64,000 nt of DNA, taken from contig NC_134026.1 in the NCBI RefSeq assembly GCF_964204645.1, positions 25,020,150 to 25,084,149 on the forward strand, in the 5' to 3' direction. A program made the position numbers and the translations under genes. Under the pieces are notes generated by a model. It was not told where the DNA came from, ran no database searches, and worked only from the letters and a program-made list of their open reading frames with translations. How positions within the stretch are numbered: position 1 is the stretch's first letter; every line of letters begins with the position of its first letter. This stretch comes from Tubulanus polymorphus (lineage: Eukaryota > Animalia > Nemertea). Of this stretch, positions 45,101 to 57,358 are shown piece after piece.

Positions 45101-48100
45101 AACCATCCATTCAGACTGAAAAGATTAATGCAGTACAAATGAATTACCGGCACTTCAAGTTTTTATTGTGTGCAATAGAATAATATTGTTCACTCAGCAT
45201 TCTGACATACGTTTCAAAAATGATATTTCATGTGCTATGTTTAGCGATGGTAACTGAATAGCCCAAACCATCTGCTTTCCATACTTTGATGAATTCTCCA
45301 ATAAAATTTCAGTCCGAAATGCAGTTTTTTCCATGATGTTTGTTTTGTGAATCTTATTTCTATATTCAGTTCAGTATGTTTAGACAGTCGTATCTCCGAT
45401 AGAATTGGCTTAATAGATGAAAAAGAACGTCTGAACGTCTCTCATGTGCTGTAAATACATTCTTAGAATATATCGTAAACGTTTTAGATTTAGCCACTTA
45501 ATCCGCGTTGAGATGGTCGCGTATATTTGCACGAAATAGCAACTTGCTATCTCATGTAGATACTGACATGTACCCTGTTGAAATGACAAATTGCTTAAAA
45601 AGGTTTATGAGAGATGGATACATGGGCACTTTGGTTGGAAATTTATGTACATTGGTACATTCTTCCTGATGGATGGGAAAAGAAAGGCGCGCAAATATAG
45701 CGCGTGTGAGTGCCGTACGTAACATCATAGGGACTTTCTTCCGAAGATTCTTATTTTGGTCCCTATAAACGAGCAAAGTTTCTTCGAATTTTTCTCGGGC
45801 ACTGCGTGTGAGTGACAATGGGTTCATAACGGCATCAAAAGCAATTTCCAATCTGTAGACGACTGTTTATTGAATGAAGAATCTTCCGTATTGAAGATCG
45901 TTATTTCGTCCTGGCGGCGAATGGACGATAAATATGCTATTTCCCACGGTAACCAAACCCTCGTAAAATTGCTCGCCCATTTCTTGTTTTCGTAGGACAT
46001 ACGATTTCGGATTATTTCCTTTGATCCGTGCTCGTGCGCAAACATCGTTTTGACACATGAACTACCGTATATTCGAAACTTCATAAGACGAGTTAATTTT
46101 TCAGCGATATCGACGCACAATCAAATAAATTGCAGCGTTACCGTTAAAGTTGTCGGTATAACGCTCAAATAGACGTTGATAAATCAGCCGCATTTAGTTA
46201 GCAGTTAATACAATTGTCCCCTAAATTGATGCTTTTGATAGTCCGTGTTGAATCAGAATCACTTCTGACATGAAATTAATCAGGCTTGTGCGACACCAGA
46301 GAAAAAATCATATAGAGAAAGTACCGCCGGCAATCGAGAAGTGGCAAGCTAAAACACTTCGTGTGGTTGGGCGCTCCCCTGTGGATTCGCGACGCCGCGC
46401 TATCGCAGATAAGGTCACATAGGAGATATAAATCTTTTTCTGTGATATTATATTGTTTGATAAATCGTCTCAACCACGTCACAGCAGTTCGACGATCGCT
46501 TTTGATTCCTGGTGATCACTCCAATTCCCATATCAATAGATATTTGTCATATTTATTTTAGTACCATTTCTCGTTTCGAGAAATGTATTTATGTTGTTTA
46601 CTAACATTGTTGTTGTACATGTCGTGTAGGGCTGCGATGGTCGTCCTCTAGCCAAGTTGGAGAGAATTGCCGTGTAATCCTGAGGATTCAGTACTTGAGA
46701 ACACTCGGTCTAAAAGCTTTACGATACAATGCCATTACACGCAGAGAATATCCAGAGCGAGTGTCTTGCATTATTCCAATTTAATTGACTGTTTCATCAA
46801 CACTGGGTATTGCACAACGCGATCCGCAATTTAGGACCCTAGATTTCATCGTTTTGGTTCTCGTTTGAAGGTTTCGTTATGACATCTGAAGTTACAAGTA
46901 GCTTTCGGCCAAGGTGTCGTGTTGGATGACATTGTGTTGATGAATATTTGTGGAGCCCCAGTGTCAATTATTTCTGTGGACATCCTATAGCATTGATTCT
47001 TTCTATTTTCAGCTGGTGTCCATTTCCGTGTCTGTGCTCACTCTGAGCGCCATCTCCGTCGAACGTTGGTACGCCATTTGCCACCCGCTCATGTTTATGA
47101 GTACCGCAGCCCGGGCTAGAGCCATTATCTTCATCATCTGGATCGTTTCGCTGCTACTCGGCATTCCCGAACTCGTAACCTTACAAGCCGCGCCCAAGAG
47201 ACAACTAGAAGGAGTGTCCGTGCTATTAACGAAGTGCATCCCTAACTGGAACCTTGTGTATCAAAACATTTTTCAGATTAGCATCATGATTGTGCTGTAC
47301 ATAATTCCCCTGTCGTTGACGGGATTCTGTTACACGCAAATAGCTCGGTGTCTTTGGATTAATGTCATTCCAGGAGTGTCGGATCAGAGCACTTACGGTA
47401 ATTTTCTTATCCGTAAATACTTTTTTAATAAAGTGAATCATCGAATAAATCGAAAAACGAACGGAAAAAGCGAGCTAAAAATTCAATTTGCTATTTTTTC
47501 TGAATGCATTTCATTATCAACTGAACGCGATCCTAGACACACAAAGAAACTTCATTTTTATGAACTTTGGAAAAACATTGTATTATATTCAATACAGCAT
47601 AAGGGAATTGTTCTTGTTTTTTTTTTCTAGCGAATTCTTCGACAAGCCGGGCACAGTCGGATCCTGGGGCCGAAAATCAACTACAATCGCGACGCAAAGC
47701 AGCTAAAATGTTGATAGCTGTTGTAATAATGTTTGCAATATGTTATTTGCCAGTACATTTACTGAACATTCTCAGGTAAGAATCAGATAATTTTCTTTAT
47801 CATCTTAACAGCAAGTGAACTTGAAAACTCCTTTAAAAGTTTCTGAATCCTCTCAGCTGTATATACGTATATATCGTCAACAATTAATAAGATAATTAAC
47901 CCGTGTTCGAGAATTCCTTCAATTTTCTTTTTTATTTGTTGTGTTTTAGATATGCCGGGATCACGAAAAGGATGGGATCAGGAAGCAGGCAAGTTACTGC
48001 CTTGTTTAGTCACTGGCTATGTTACTTCAACAGTGCTATCAATCCTGTCATTTATAATTTCATGAGTGGTAAGTGTGTAACTTAATTTTTCACAGAGATG

Positions 48101-48478
48101 TAACTTAATTTTTCACAGAGAATCTTTCGCAGAAGTCTTTACTGCAATTATTGTTTTCTCAAAACGGTTAGAAAATTCACAATTTTTCAAATTGCGTTGA
48201 ATGAATCCACCTTAGGATAGCGGATAACAATTTTTCAGCTTTTGCCCAGTTTGTATCCCGATAAACGATGAAATTGAATTGATGTTTTCGATATTTTATC
48301 TGTTTCAGCGAAATTCCGCAAAGAGTTCTCGTCAGTATGCACGTGCTGTTTCCGTGTGTGCATGCGCGCTGATGCCCATAGACGAGGCTATGGTGACAGT
48401 ATGTACTCATACAAATATACTAACAGCATCAGTCAAACAGAGCAAATCAGTATGAGTGCCATCAAAACTCAAGTGTGA
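39150..48478 (+). CDS. HCRTR: Orexin/allatotropin-type neuropeptide receptor (class A GPCR), 5 coding exons
   Basis: Exons ~39150-39574, 47013-47397, 47630-47775, 47950-48068 and 48309-48478. They encode [88 protein letters not shown] and HWLCYFNSAINPVIYNFMS.KFRKEF, all hallmarks of orexin/allatotropin receptors. Confidence 0.92.
44609..44684. mobile_element. Short palindromic MITE-like element (PIF/Harbinger-like ends) in receptor intron 1
   Basis: CACACTGGGCGATTT (44619-44633) and AAATCGCCCAGTGTG (44658-44672) form a perfect 15-bp inverted repeat, extending imperfectly to GCCTCGG/CCGGGCC, with TTAA on the right flank. Confidence 0.6.
48076..48121. repeat. Perfect 23-bp tandem duplication in receptor intron 4
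   Basis: TGTAACTTAATTTTTCACAGAGA occurs twice in tandem. Confidence 0.9.
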
Positions 48479-48607
48479 TCTGATGACCGCAAAGATTCTC
48501 TCTATTTCTCTTTATAGAAAACGGACTATAATCTATTCTTAAAATATACCGCCATAATCAACGTCATTTCCGGTCAGCATGAAAAGTATAAAAATTGCGT
48601 ACATTTT

Positions 48608-48650
48608 ACACACACACACACATATACATATATATATATATATACATACA
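48608..48650. repeat. Compound (CA)n/(TA)n microsatellite downstream of the receptor stop codon
   Basis: acacacacacacatatacatatatatatatatacataca. Confidence 0.85.
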
Positions 48651-51600
48651 GACCGACGGACAGTTTGAATCAATCAGTTATTGTTTGTTACACATTGATG
48701 GAATAGGGTTAACGCATATGTAGAGCCTACATACATAGATAAATGAATAGATAAATACATATATGAATGAATATAATATATATAATCATTATACATAGTT
48801 ATATATATGATATGTGTATTGTGCATGGTACTGGTTTGGTCATTCTGGTTGTCTGATGCTTTTAGATTTAGTGTTCTATGTGTTTAGTTGTCTCGTTACG
48901 TCGTAATATATGAAATGCTACATATACGTACCTGTGCAAAACAAAAAACGTACATCGTGGCGTAGAATTAGTATTTGCCGTCTAACTCATTTTATTTAAG
49001 GTGTTGGCCATATGTAGTCATCACACCGCCAGAATGCTACCAAACCCTTGTCGCGTAATGTAAGTTCTCTTATTTGGTACTGGTGAATGTAAGCTTGGAT
49101 TTAATTCTTCGCAATGCTACTAACTATATATTGTCAACAGCGGCGCCTGCAAATCAACAATTCGTTTCAACTATAATTGCTAAACCCTACACATCCATCA
49201 CATCGTGAACTTTGTTTTGATCTTCAAGTGTGAAATAGTTTGTTTTTTTTACATTTTACGTAAGACACGAAAAAAGAGGATTTTCATAATGATATCAAAA
49301 GCTTACAAGCTACCTAAGAAAGTTCTAAGAATTTGCTGAACTTTCATTCTCCATTTTGAAAATATTCGAATACACGCCCGGTCTCGACAATGACGTTAAA
49401 TCGATAGCTTTTATAAGATCATTTTTCAGTGATTTTATATAATTTCATACAGATATTCTAAGTCGATGTTTGTAAATAAAGAGGGCTATGTTTTTATGGA
49501 TATATTAACGATTTAACGACATCATCAGCGAAATATTGACCTCCGATGAAGGGATAGATTGATTTATTGATTTGTTCGTATATCAGTTGATTGAATTTTT
49601 TCACGACGGCAAACAATTTGCTCGTCCGTAAAAATTCCGAAAAGATAGTATAATATTTTCTCTACCATGAAATGTTTAAGAAAAAAAGGCAGTGACGTTT
49701 GAACCTCGGATTCATCTATAGGCCGAGTAAGGTCGAAAAACTATAGGTTTTCTATAATGTACGTTATTGTTTGTCATTGAAAAAAGATTATCAAGTCAAA
49801 TTCAATTTGACATGTTATATATCCAATAACCTGACGAATCCTATACATATATAATTATGTTACTGGTGGTGAATATTATATACTTATACATTATTGTTAT
49901 ACACAGAAAATTTGTCGTGAAATAAAGTAGTTTAGATTCAGAATGACAGTTAAAAAACTCAGGTTTGTCGTTTCGATGCTGATGAATTTAATTGATTGAA
50001 TTATGTGCCTCAATTTTTTGCTAAATACTCGAGTGTACTGGTCACGTCGTCGAAAATCAGCGAGAGTGCAAAGTTGTAAATTTGTTAACGTTCTTGTGCA
50101 AACAAAGCGGGTACACAGCCTTTGCCGATTGGATTATTGAGTGACTGACGGCTCACAAGGTTACAACGAGAGAACAAGGTTGAATGCGAAGAAGAAATTT
50201 ATACATAAATGATTGGCTGCAATCTCGCAGTTGTACTCACTCGTATTACAACTTCGAAATTGGGAGCGATAAGAAAAATGCCGTCTGGATCTGCGTTATA
50301 TCCTCTTACGAAGTAGCTAGCAATTTGTCACTTTGCTAAAATGTTTTGCGAAGAAATTCGAGTGAGCTGTACGCGGCAAAATCAAATAAAAGACCTCCGG
50401 AAAATGTGTTGAAATAGAAATAAATGGAAGAATCTCGAGAGCCTGAACGGTCGTAATGGAAATTGGCAACCAAGCGGAATGTTATGATAATATCATGTCG
50501 CATATACGTATTATAAAGATATGGCGGATGAAACTAAGTAATTACCAACGAAATACATTCAATCACAGAAAACCAGTAAAAGCATCAGAAATGGTTCAAT
50601 CCCGTTTCAATTAAGCTGACGTGCATTTAATTTGAAACCTAGTATATTTCAATCACCAACAACCACCGCAAGATTACGTGTTGCGGTATTGTACGGGTTT
50701 AAGAAGATCAAGAGTTTAATTGATTAACACGAGTGAAAGTTTCTTTTGCTGTACAAATAACAGAAATACGTAGCATTTTTTCTTCATATCGCCGTTTCGG
50801 GGAAAACTTAGATCAATCAATTTGTAGGAAGGTATCAGAAGAGAATGACAAAAATTCAATACGCCGCTAACAACATACGGATTAGCCTTTTCATGAGATT
50901 AACCAAATTGAATTTCATCAATTAGATCAAATCATTTCTCATTCTTAGTGTTTCAGTAAGTGGACATATCGTTTAACGATCAATACATAACACAACTATG
51001 ATCCTATTTCAGATCACGTTGGATGCCGCGTAAAAAGTTTAGTGCGACGACAAGGAGCAATACGAAAGTCTATCAAGCCGTCACCGTCCCCGACTCCAGC
51101 TACAACTAAACACACGTACTACAGAAACCATACGAACAACAAGAGGAAAGTCGGGAGGTTCAATTACAATAAATGTAAACGAATAGACTGCGGACTGTAA
51201 ACGAGTTGCTGATAATATGAGAAGATATTTCATGTTCTATGATAAAACACTAACGCTTTTTACAAAAGCAAAAACTGCTTTTTAGACTAGTTCAGAAATG
51301 CCATAAATAACAGTATTTCTTTAATAGCTGACATACAACGTAATACCAATACCGAGTCAATACCAATTAAAGTCGATTAGGTATTCTCGCGAGATCACGC
51401 GATGATAACGACATATTTTTCACTTTTCACTGTATATTCAAGGCTTCTTTTCTGCAAATTGATACAACTTATGTAATCGGTAGCAAAATATTTTTCCTGC
51501 TCCTGGTGAAGAGATTTCCATTGATACGATCCTTTTAGTGGTGTATGTGCGTCCGCATGTTCACTACGTCAGATTACTGATAATCAAATGTATCAAAATA

Positions 51601-53015
51601 GTTTCCCTCCTTGTAGCAGCTCTCATGGAAAACTATATCTTAGTATCTATTTTATTCATTATTCATGGAAATATATATTGTGATAGATATAAAATGTATA
51701 TTTCCCTTTTAATCCACGAATTAAATGATCATATAATCATCTGCTTTTTAGTTTTCTTGAGCAACGACCGTTAGACAATATACCAATTATTTCGGCAGTG
51801 AACTTCAGCAGTTGACAAGAGTCGACTGTGGAAGTGGAATTTTTGTTGACTTGAATATTGTTCACTACTATTTCTTGGTATTTGTTTTTTTTCAATTCTT
51901 TCGTTACGAATATAGTACAAATATTGCGTGTCCTACGTAGATACTAATATCTGCTACAAGGCCGCTCTTTCCAACACCAAAATGATACGATGACTAAAGC
52001 CTGATAACTACTATTCATGTTATGACAAAGCGCGATTAAATTTTTAAACGAAACGCAAAGAAGTGGCTCTTGAAGGTATATCTTGTAACGTTTCTTCAAC
52101 GAAAACTTCTTTATGACCGGGCATAATCCCTCTTTGTTGGCCGCCCACACGAGACATCATTAATCAACGAAAATCCTCAAATCCACGGAAAGTGGAATTA
52201 CACGATAAAACACAATGTAACTGTAATTTGCAATCTAAGACGTTGGGCGCTAATCCGATTTAGAAATTTAGCAATTCGGCGTAACATGCATATCTAATTT
52301 GCGCTTAATGAACTCAGGAATAGGTGTATAAAATATTGGTGTTTGGAAATATTTAGTGTTTATGACAGTTCTTGGACAGTTCACTAGTGATTACGGTGTA
52401 TGGTTGTATGCCTACGAAAACATTCCATTCTGGGACATATTCATACTGTCAGTCAATGCTGCGTGGAACTTGGAAAACGAAACGGATTGAAAGAAAAAGA
52501 AATTCAGAGGTATATCTTGCATCCGATCGTTGTCAAGGTATTGGTATTTCTGTCTATGTTGTATGCATACACGCAAAGCTCCCTATATCATTATTGCTAT
52601 TAAGATAAGATTTAGCTTCAAAAACATTTATCGAAGGGATCTAAAAAGTCATCGGGAAGATAAGAGGGTTTTCTACTTTGATCTGTGCCAAGATCACGCC
52701 ATTGACTTGGTATACTTCGATTGTCGATACACCCAGACCTCGTGTCTGATTGACTTCGCGTGCAGTGAAATATAACCCCGGTATTAATCTCAGCCAGAAT
52801 GACATTTAATTAAGTCGAAAACAGTCGAAACTTATCGCAACTCACAGGGGAAAACACCTTGAATAGAAAATAATATACACCGCTATATTTAGGTTTTATC
52901 ATCACCTCGAAATTGCTGAAAGTGTTATGGCTAAAAATCTAATTGAAATTACAACATGAACCAACATTTTGAAGCAGCTAAGCAAACGATCGGAGGTAAT
53001 AAATTCTTAAAACAA

Positions 53016-53023
53016 TGACGTCA
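53016..53023. promoter_or_regulatory. Consensus CRE (TGACGTCA)
   Basis: Full palindromic CRE about 300 bp upstream of the ATG at 53316. Confidence 0.35.
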
Positions 53024-53315
53024 CGGTGATTGTCTTTCTAGGTAGATGCGTCTGAGGCTCGTACAATACAATGTTGAGAATTTGCTCATAATTAAACAGT
53101 TGGGTACGGTTGGAATTGTTCTCAGTACGCGGCGACGCTCGGTAAACAGCAAGACGGAACCAATACATTTACTCGTTATTGATCACATGGAAGAGAAATT
53201 CTTTTGTTTCACGACGTGTTGTACGTTACCAGTGACGAAATGGCTTCGAATCTAGCGTCGGGAAGCTCTTGAGGTGGCCGGAAATCATAAATGATAAACA
53301 TAGCACAGTCTGAAT

Positions 53316-56300
53316 ATGTCAGCTACCGTGGAAAGAGTTATTAGTACTGATGTCGAATCTACAAGAAACGAGCCCGACTTGAGTGAAGAGCAATGCCAGA
53401 GTGAAACTGAAATACATACATCAGTGTCCGATAGATATTTAACGTCCGGTTTCAGCAGAAGACCTATTTCTACATTCGGTGATGCAAATCTATTTAGTGA
53501 GAGTTTTACTCACTCGGACGAATCAGGAGAGTTTGAACAATGGGAAACAGATAGCGAAGACTCGAGTTGCGATGAGTCAAATTCTGAACGACTATTATCA
53601 CGATGTCCGTCACGATCTAGCACACGTGAAAATAAGAAACGTTTTGAAACTGGAGGAGGTGACGAAGGAAATGCAAAAGACGTTGTTGTTGATGAACAAA
53701 ATCAGTGTTTATTTGATGATGCTTTTATACATACGAGGGATTTATTGGATGTAGAATATAGTTTATCAGATGATCACACGGACGATTGTATTTGTAGTCG
53801 TTTGACAGATTTAAATGTCAGCAATAAATTGTGCGGCTGGAAGAAAGAACCGAACGATGAAGACGTAAACGAAATAAAAAACAAACACAGCAAGAAAAAT
53901 AGAATTAAATTCTTTGGTACCGGTTATAAGGACGAAATTGAGTTCACATTTAAGCATTATGCAGATTCTAAAGAGTATATCGAACAGTATAGACGTTGTC
54001 ACGTTAGTGGATGGAAAAGAGGAGAGATTCCGATTTTCGGATTGAATGCGCCAGATCCATACATTTCCAAAATCAAAAATATCAGGTAACATATATTTTT
54101 AACTTGAACTAAAATCACTACTTTTACTTGACATTATTGAATTTACGGAACTTGCAATGACCTTCTGATACAAATTTCATTGAAACAGTCACATTTTGTT
54201 GGTCATCGATAAATATTGACAAAAACGTTAGACGCTGTTGAAATGAATTCAGGAAAGATAATGGGGGAAGGTATAACATTAAAGATGAATTTGGAATTTG
54301 TTTTGAAGTCAATAGATTTATTCGTTCATCATTTCGTCTCAAGAAAATTATTTTGAAAATTTTACGTTATACAACAACTCATAAAAGTTTTTTTCTTATC
54401 GTACATATACGTACATAGGCGTACGACTTGTCATGTGATATTTTGTTTTTGCTAGAGGTATTTTAAATTCACGATCCCCAGCTCATTCTGTAATTACAAC
54501 ACTCAGAATTATTGCTGAAAATAAGTCATTTTAAAGCCGACGCACTACAAATACCAGTACAGAGGTTCTATATTGACGTAATTAAATATACATGTCCACA
54601 ATGAATGGATGTGCGAGCGACTGGAAAATTGGTTCTATGAATACTTTAAAACAGAATGTACTGCAAGAGATCGAACAGACGGATAAGATAATACATTATT
54701 CGGCTTAATTCTGGTCATAAATATTTAACGCATATATCTCTTGCCATTAATACATGTTTACCGGTGCTATTACTGCGTGATCACTTGCAAACCCGTTATT
54801 TACTCGAATAGATATATTCCTTATAGGATAATTCTACAATATGCTGTACGTTTAGTCATACAAGATCACTTCGTGAAAGATGACACCATTTTTGAAACGT
54901 CCCCCCCCCCCGAATGAAGATTCCACTTGCATGGCAATGTGTTATTTTGGCCAAGCAGTAATCGCCCCAGTCAGTGTGGCCGAACGCGTTGGCGATCGCT
55001 AATTCACAAATGACAAAAGTCCCGAGATCCTAGAGGTTCAGAATCACCCCACACTTAGACATGATACATAAGATTAGATTTGGTTAAGATATCAGTTTTG
55101 AAAATAATTCCGTGTGAGATCTAATTGGTTTTTGAAACTGATTGTATGCTCTTTGATTATCAAACTGTTCATTCAAATTTAGCTGATCATTCAAACACAA
55201 CAAAATTCACACAAACGTCTTGCTTAAGTTTCCGTTTCCCTTTTCCTATTTCCATTCATATAATACCACGGTTATACATTTTAACCACGTAATAGTGGAT
55301 TAAACATGTGACAAGAAAAACTTCTGTTGAACTTCGGAAGGATCAATAGTATCGATATATAAACTAAATAATATTTTCATTGTTTGTATATTATCAGCTT
55401 CCTTTTCAATAGGATAGAGCTTCTGACAGCAGTAAGCTCTGGATGCCAGGGCAGGTGAGAATGTTTTAGGCAAGGAGGTTGTAGAGGTCTTTACCTCCTT
55501 GCTTGACGAATCAGCACTATTAGTTGTGGCTTTGCACCTGATTAAGTTTTCACACGCAAACACCGGCAATGTTTTTCACAGCTTTATTTGTTGATTTCTG
55601 GAACTCGACTATTTTCTACGAACAACACGTCAGAATTATTCGGATTAATGCATGCTACACAGTCTTCACACCCTTGCCCGGGCAGATCCTAGCATGTTAA
55701 GATTTACTGTATCATTGCTTAGATAGTTGAAAATCCATAGAAGCAAAAACAGTAAAAAAAATCCTATTTTCTGATGAGTAAATTTATTAATTACCGGGGG
55801 CTAAATTTCCCATCTTCAAGACACGGAGTTAGGGATTAAATTTGAGATCATACTCGTATTCATATGATATAAGACTGAAGCTTATTACAAAAATTACATC
55901 ATTTAGATACTTGTATATATTGATTACGCTCGATAGTGCTTTCTTAATGAATATTGAGAATGGATGATATGCTTAAATTTTTGAGTATTCTCTTATATGA
56001 TTTATTTATATGTTTTGCATGTACCTATTCAGAAACCGATATCGAAGTGATTTGATTGATATGGCGTCATACAAAAACCGTCGAGCAAGTATACCGTCAA
56101 CGATGGAAAACGAAAACGGATCAAGGTGAAAATAAAACACATTGGTCATAAAATGTGTCTTATCGATTACATTGAAGCAATATCCCATTTTTTCTAGTCT
56201 TATGGTGACGAATGGTTGCTGTAGCCCATCTAGCGCTGAATCTTCTCCGCGAGGTGGTGAATCGTGTCCAGATGATCTGAATCTTGCTCCCATCAGAAAG

Positions 56301-56954
56301 GTTACCGGTCGAAAGCAGTTTGCAGACAGTTCGTACTACTACTTAGACCTGGCTACACCGAGGACAAATTTCTCATTAGTGCCTACACAAAACTCGAAAA
56401 ATAATACACCAACTGATACCATGAATGAAGAGAACCGAGGATTTACATATGAAAGAGTAGCCACTCCATTACCGGTTGTACGGACCTCTCAAGAAATAGC
56501 GATTGCTACATTACAGCGTCAAGCTGTCATAGACTCGACAATATCCAGCAAAGTGCTTAATGTTGTTTCCGATCCAAACGTTTATGAAAAATATTTGCAA
56601 AAATTGCGGACGTTAGAGCCGGAGACAGGAACGCTAGTATTAGGGAAACCATATTCGATAACCGACCCTCAGAACACTCCGAAATCTACCAGAGATACAA
56701 AAAATATGCAAGTGGGATTATGTGAAGTTTATAGCTCCGGAATTCATCAGTTACCGATATTAGCTAAACCAGTACCTCCGAATCTAGTCACCGTAAATAA
56801 TCAGAATCCACTTAGCAAACTGGATGTACGGGGTTGTCAGATAAAAAGACAGACTAGCTTGGTTGGTACTACTAAACGTAGGAAACAATTACCGGTACCC
56901 GTACAGCGAAGGTACCATTGGACTTCGATGAAGCAGACAAAACTAGGAAATTAA
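53316..56954 (+). CDS. Uncharacterised ~553-aa protein, 4 exons, acidic N-terminus and basic C-terminus, largely low complexity
   Basis: Exons 53316-54085, 55413-55454, 56033-56125 and 56198-56954 are joined by three phase-2 GT-AG introns into one stop-free frame (1662 nt): ...KIKNIR|IELLTAVSSGCQGR|NRYRSDLIDMASYKNRRASIPSTMENENGSS|LMVTNG... AATAAA signals follow at ~57043 and 57121. No recognisable domain. Confidence 0.65.
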
Positions 56955-57134
56955 TTCGATTTGTTTTACGTCTTGGTTTCGAAATCACTAGAATGGTTTG
57001 AAAGAACTGTGTGATATCAAATGTTAATTGTGGAAGACAATCAATAAATTTCATTTTCATATAAAGTCGTTAATTTTATTTCAAACACGTTCCTACATGC
57101 AATTTACGCTTTTAGAATTTAATAAAGGCACTTG

Positions 57135-57358
57135 AAAAAATTGTAGGGGTTCCCAGGTGGGACCCCAGGGGCCATGGTTTTGCGTCCTCGCTTTGCAGGG
57201 TTTGATAGCGGCGTGAACTTCGGCGGGAGAAAGAGCGTTGGCTGCAAGCGAAAACAAATTCTTGCTTCAACGGCTCGAAACCTCCGCTTTTGGGCTTTCG
57301 TGCCGTGGCTATTCTCGCTTGCCAGGGGTCCGGTATCGCTACCCGAACTCGCTACCGC
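57135..57358 (-). ncRNA. Candidate structured RNA of unknown family
   Basis: GC-rich. The 13-bp stem 57244-57256/57310-57322 is fully paired only on the minus strand (two G-U pairs) and encloses a CGGC-CGAAA/TTTCG-GCCG hairpin. A terminal hairpin at 57146-57166 is followed by ACA-A-TTTTTT. Confidence 0.35.

Noticed and set aside
57141-57185. U17/snR30 snoRNA (AAACCAT motif near ACA on the minus strand)
   Set aside because: The partner motif ATATTCCTA is absent and the AAACCAT-to-ACA spacing is too long.
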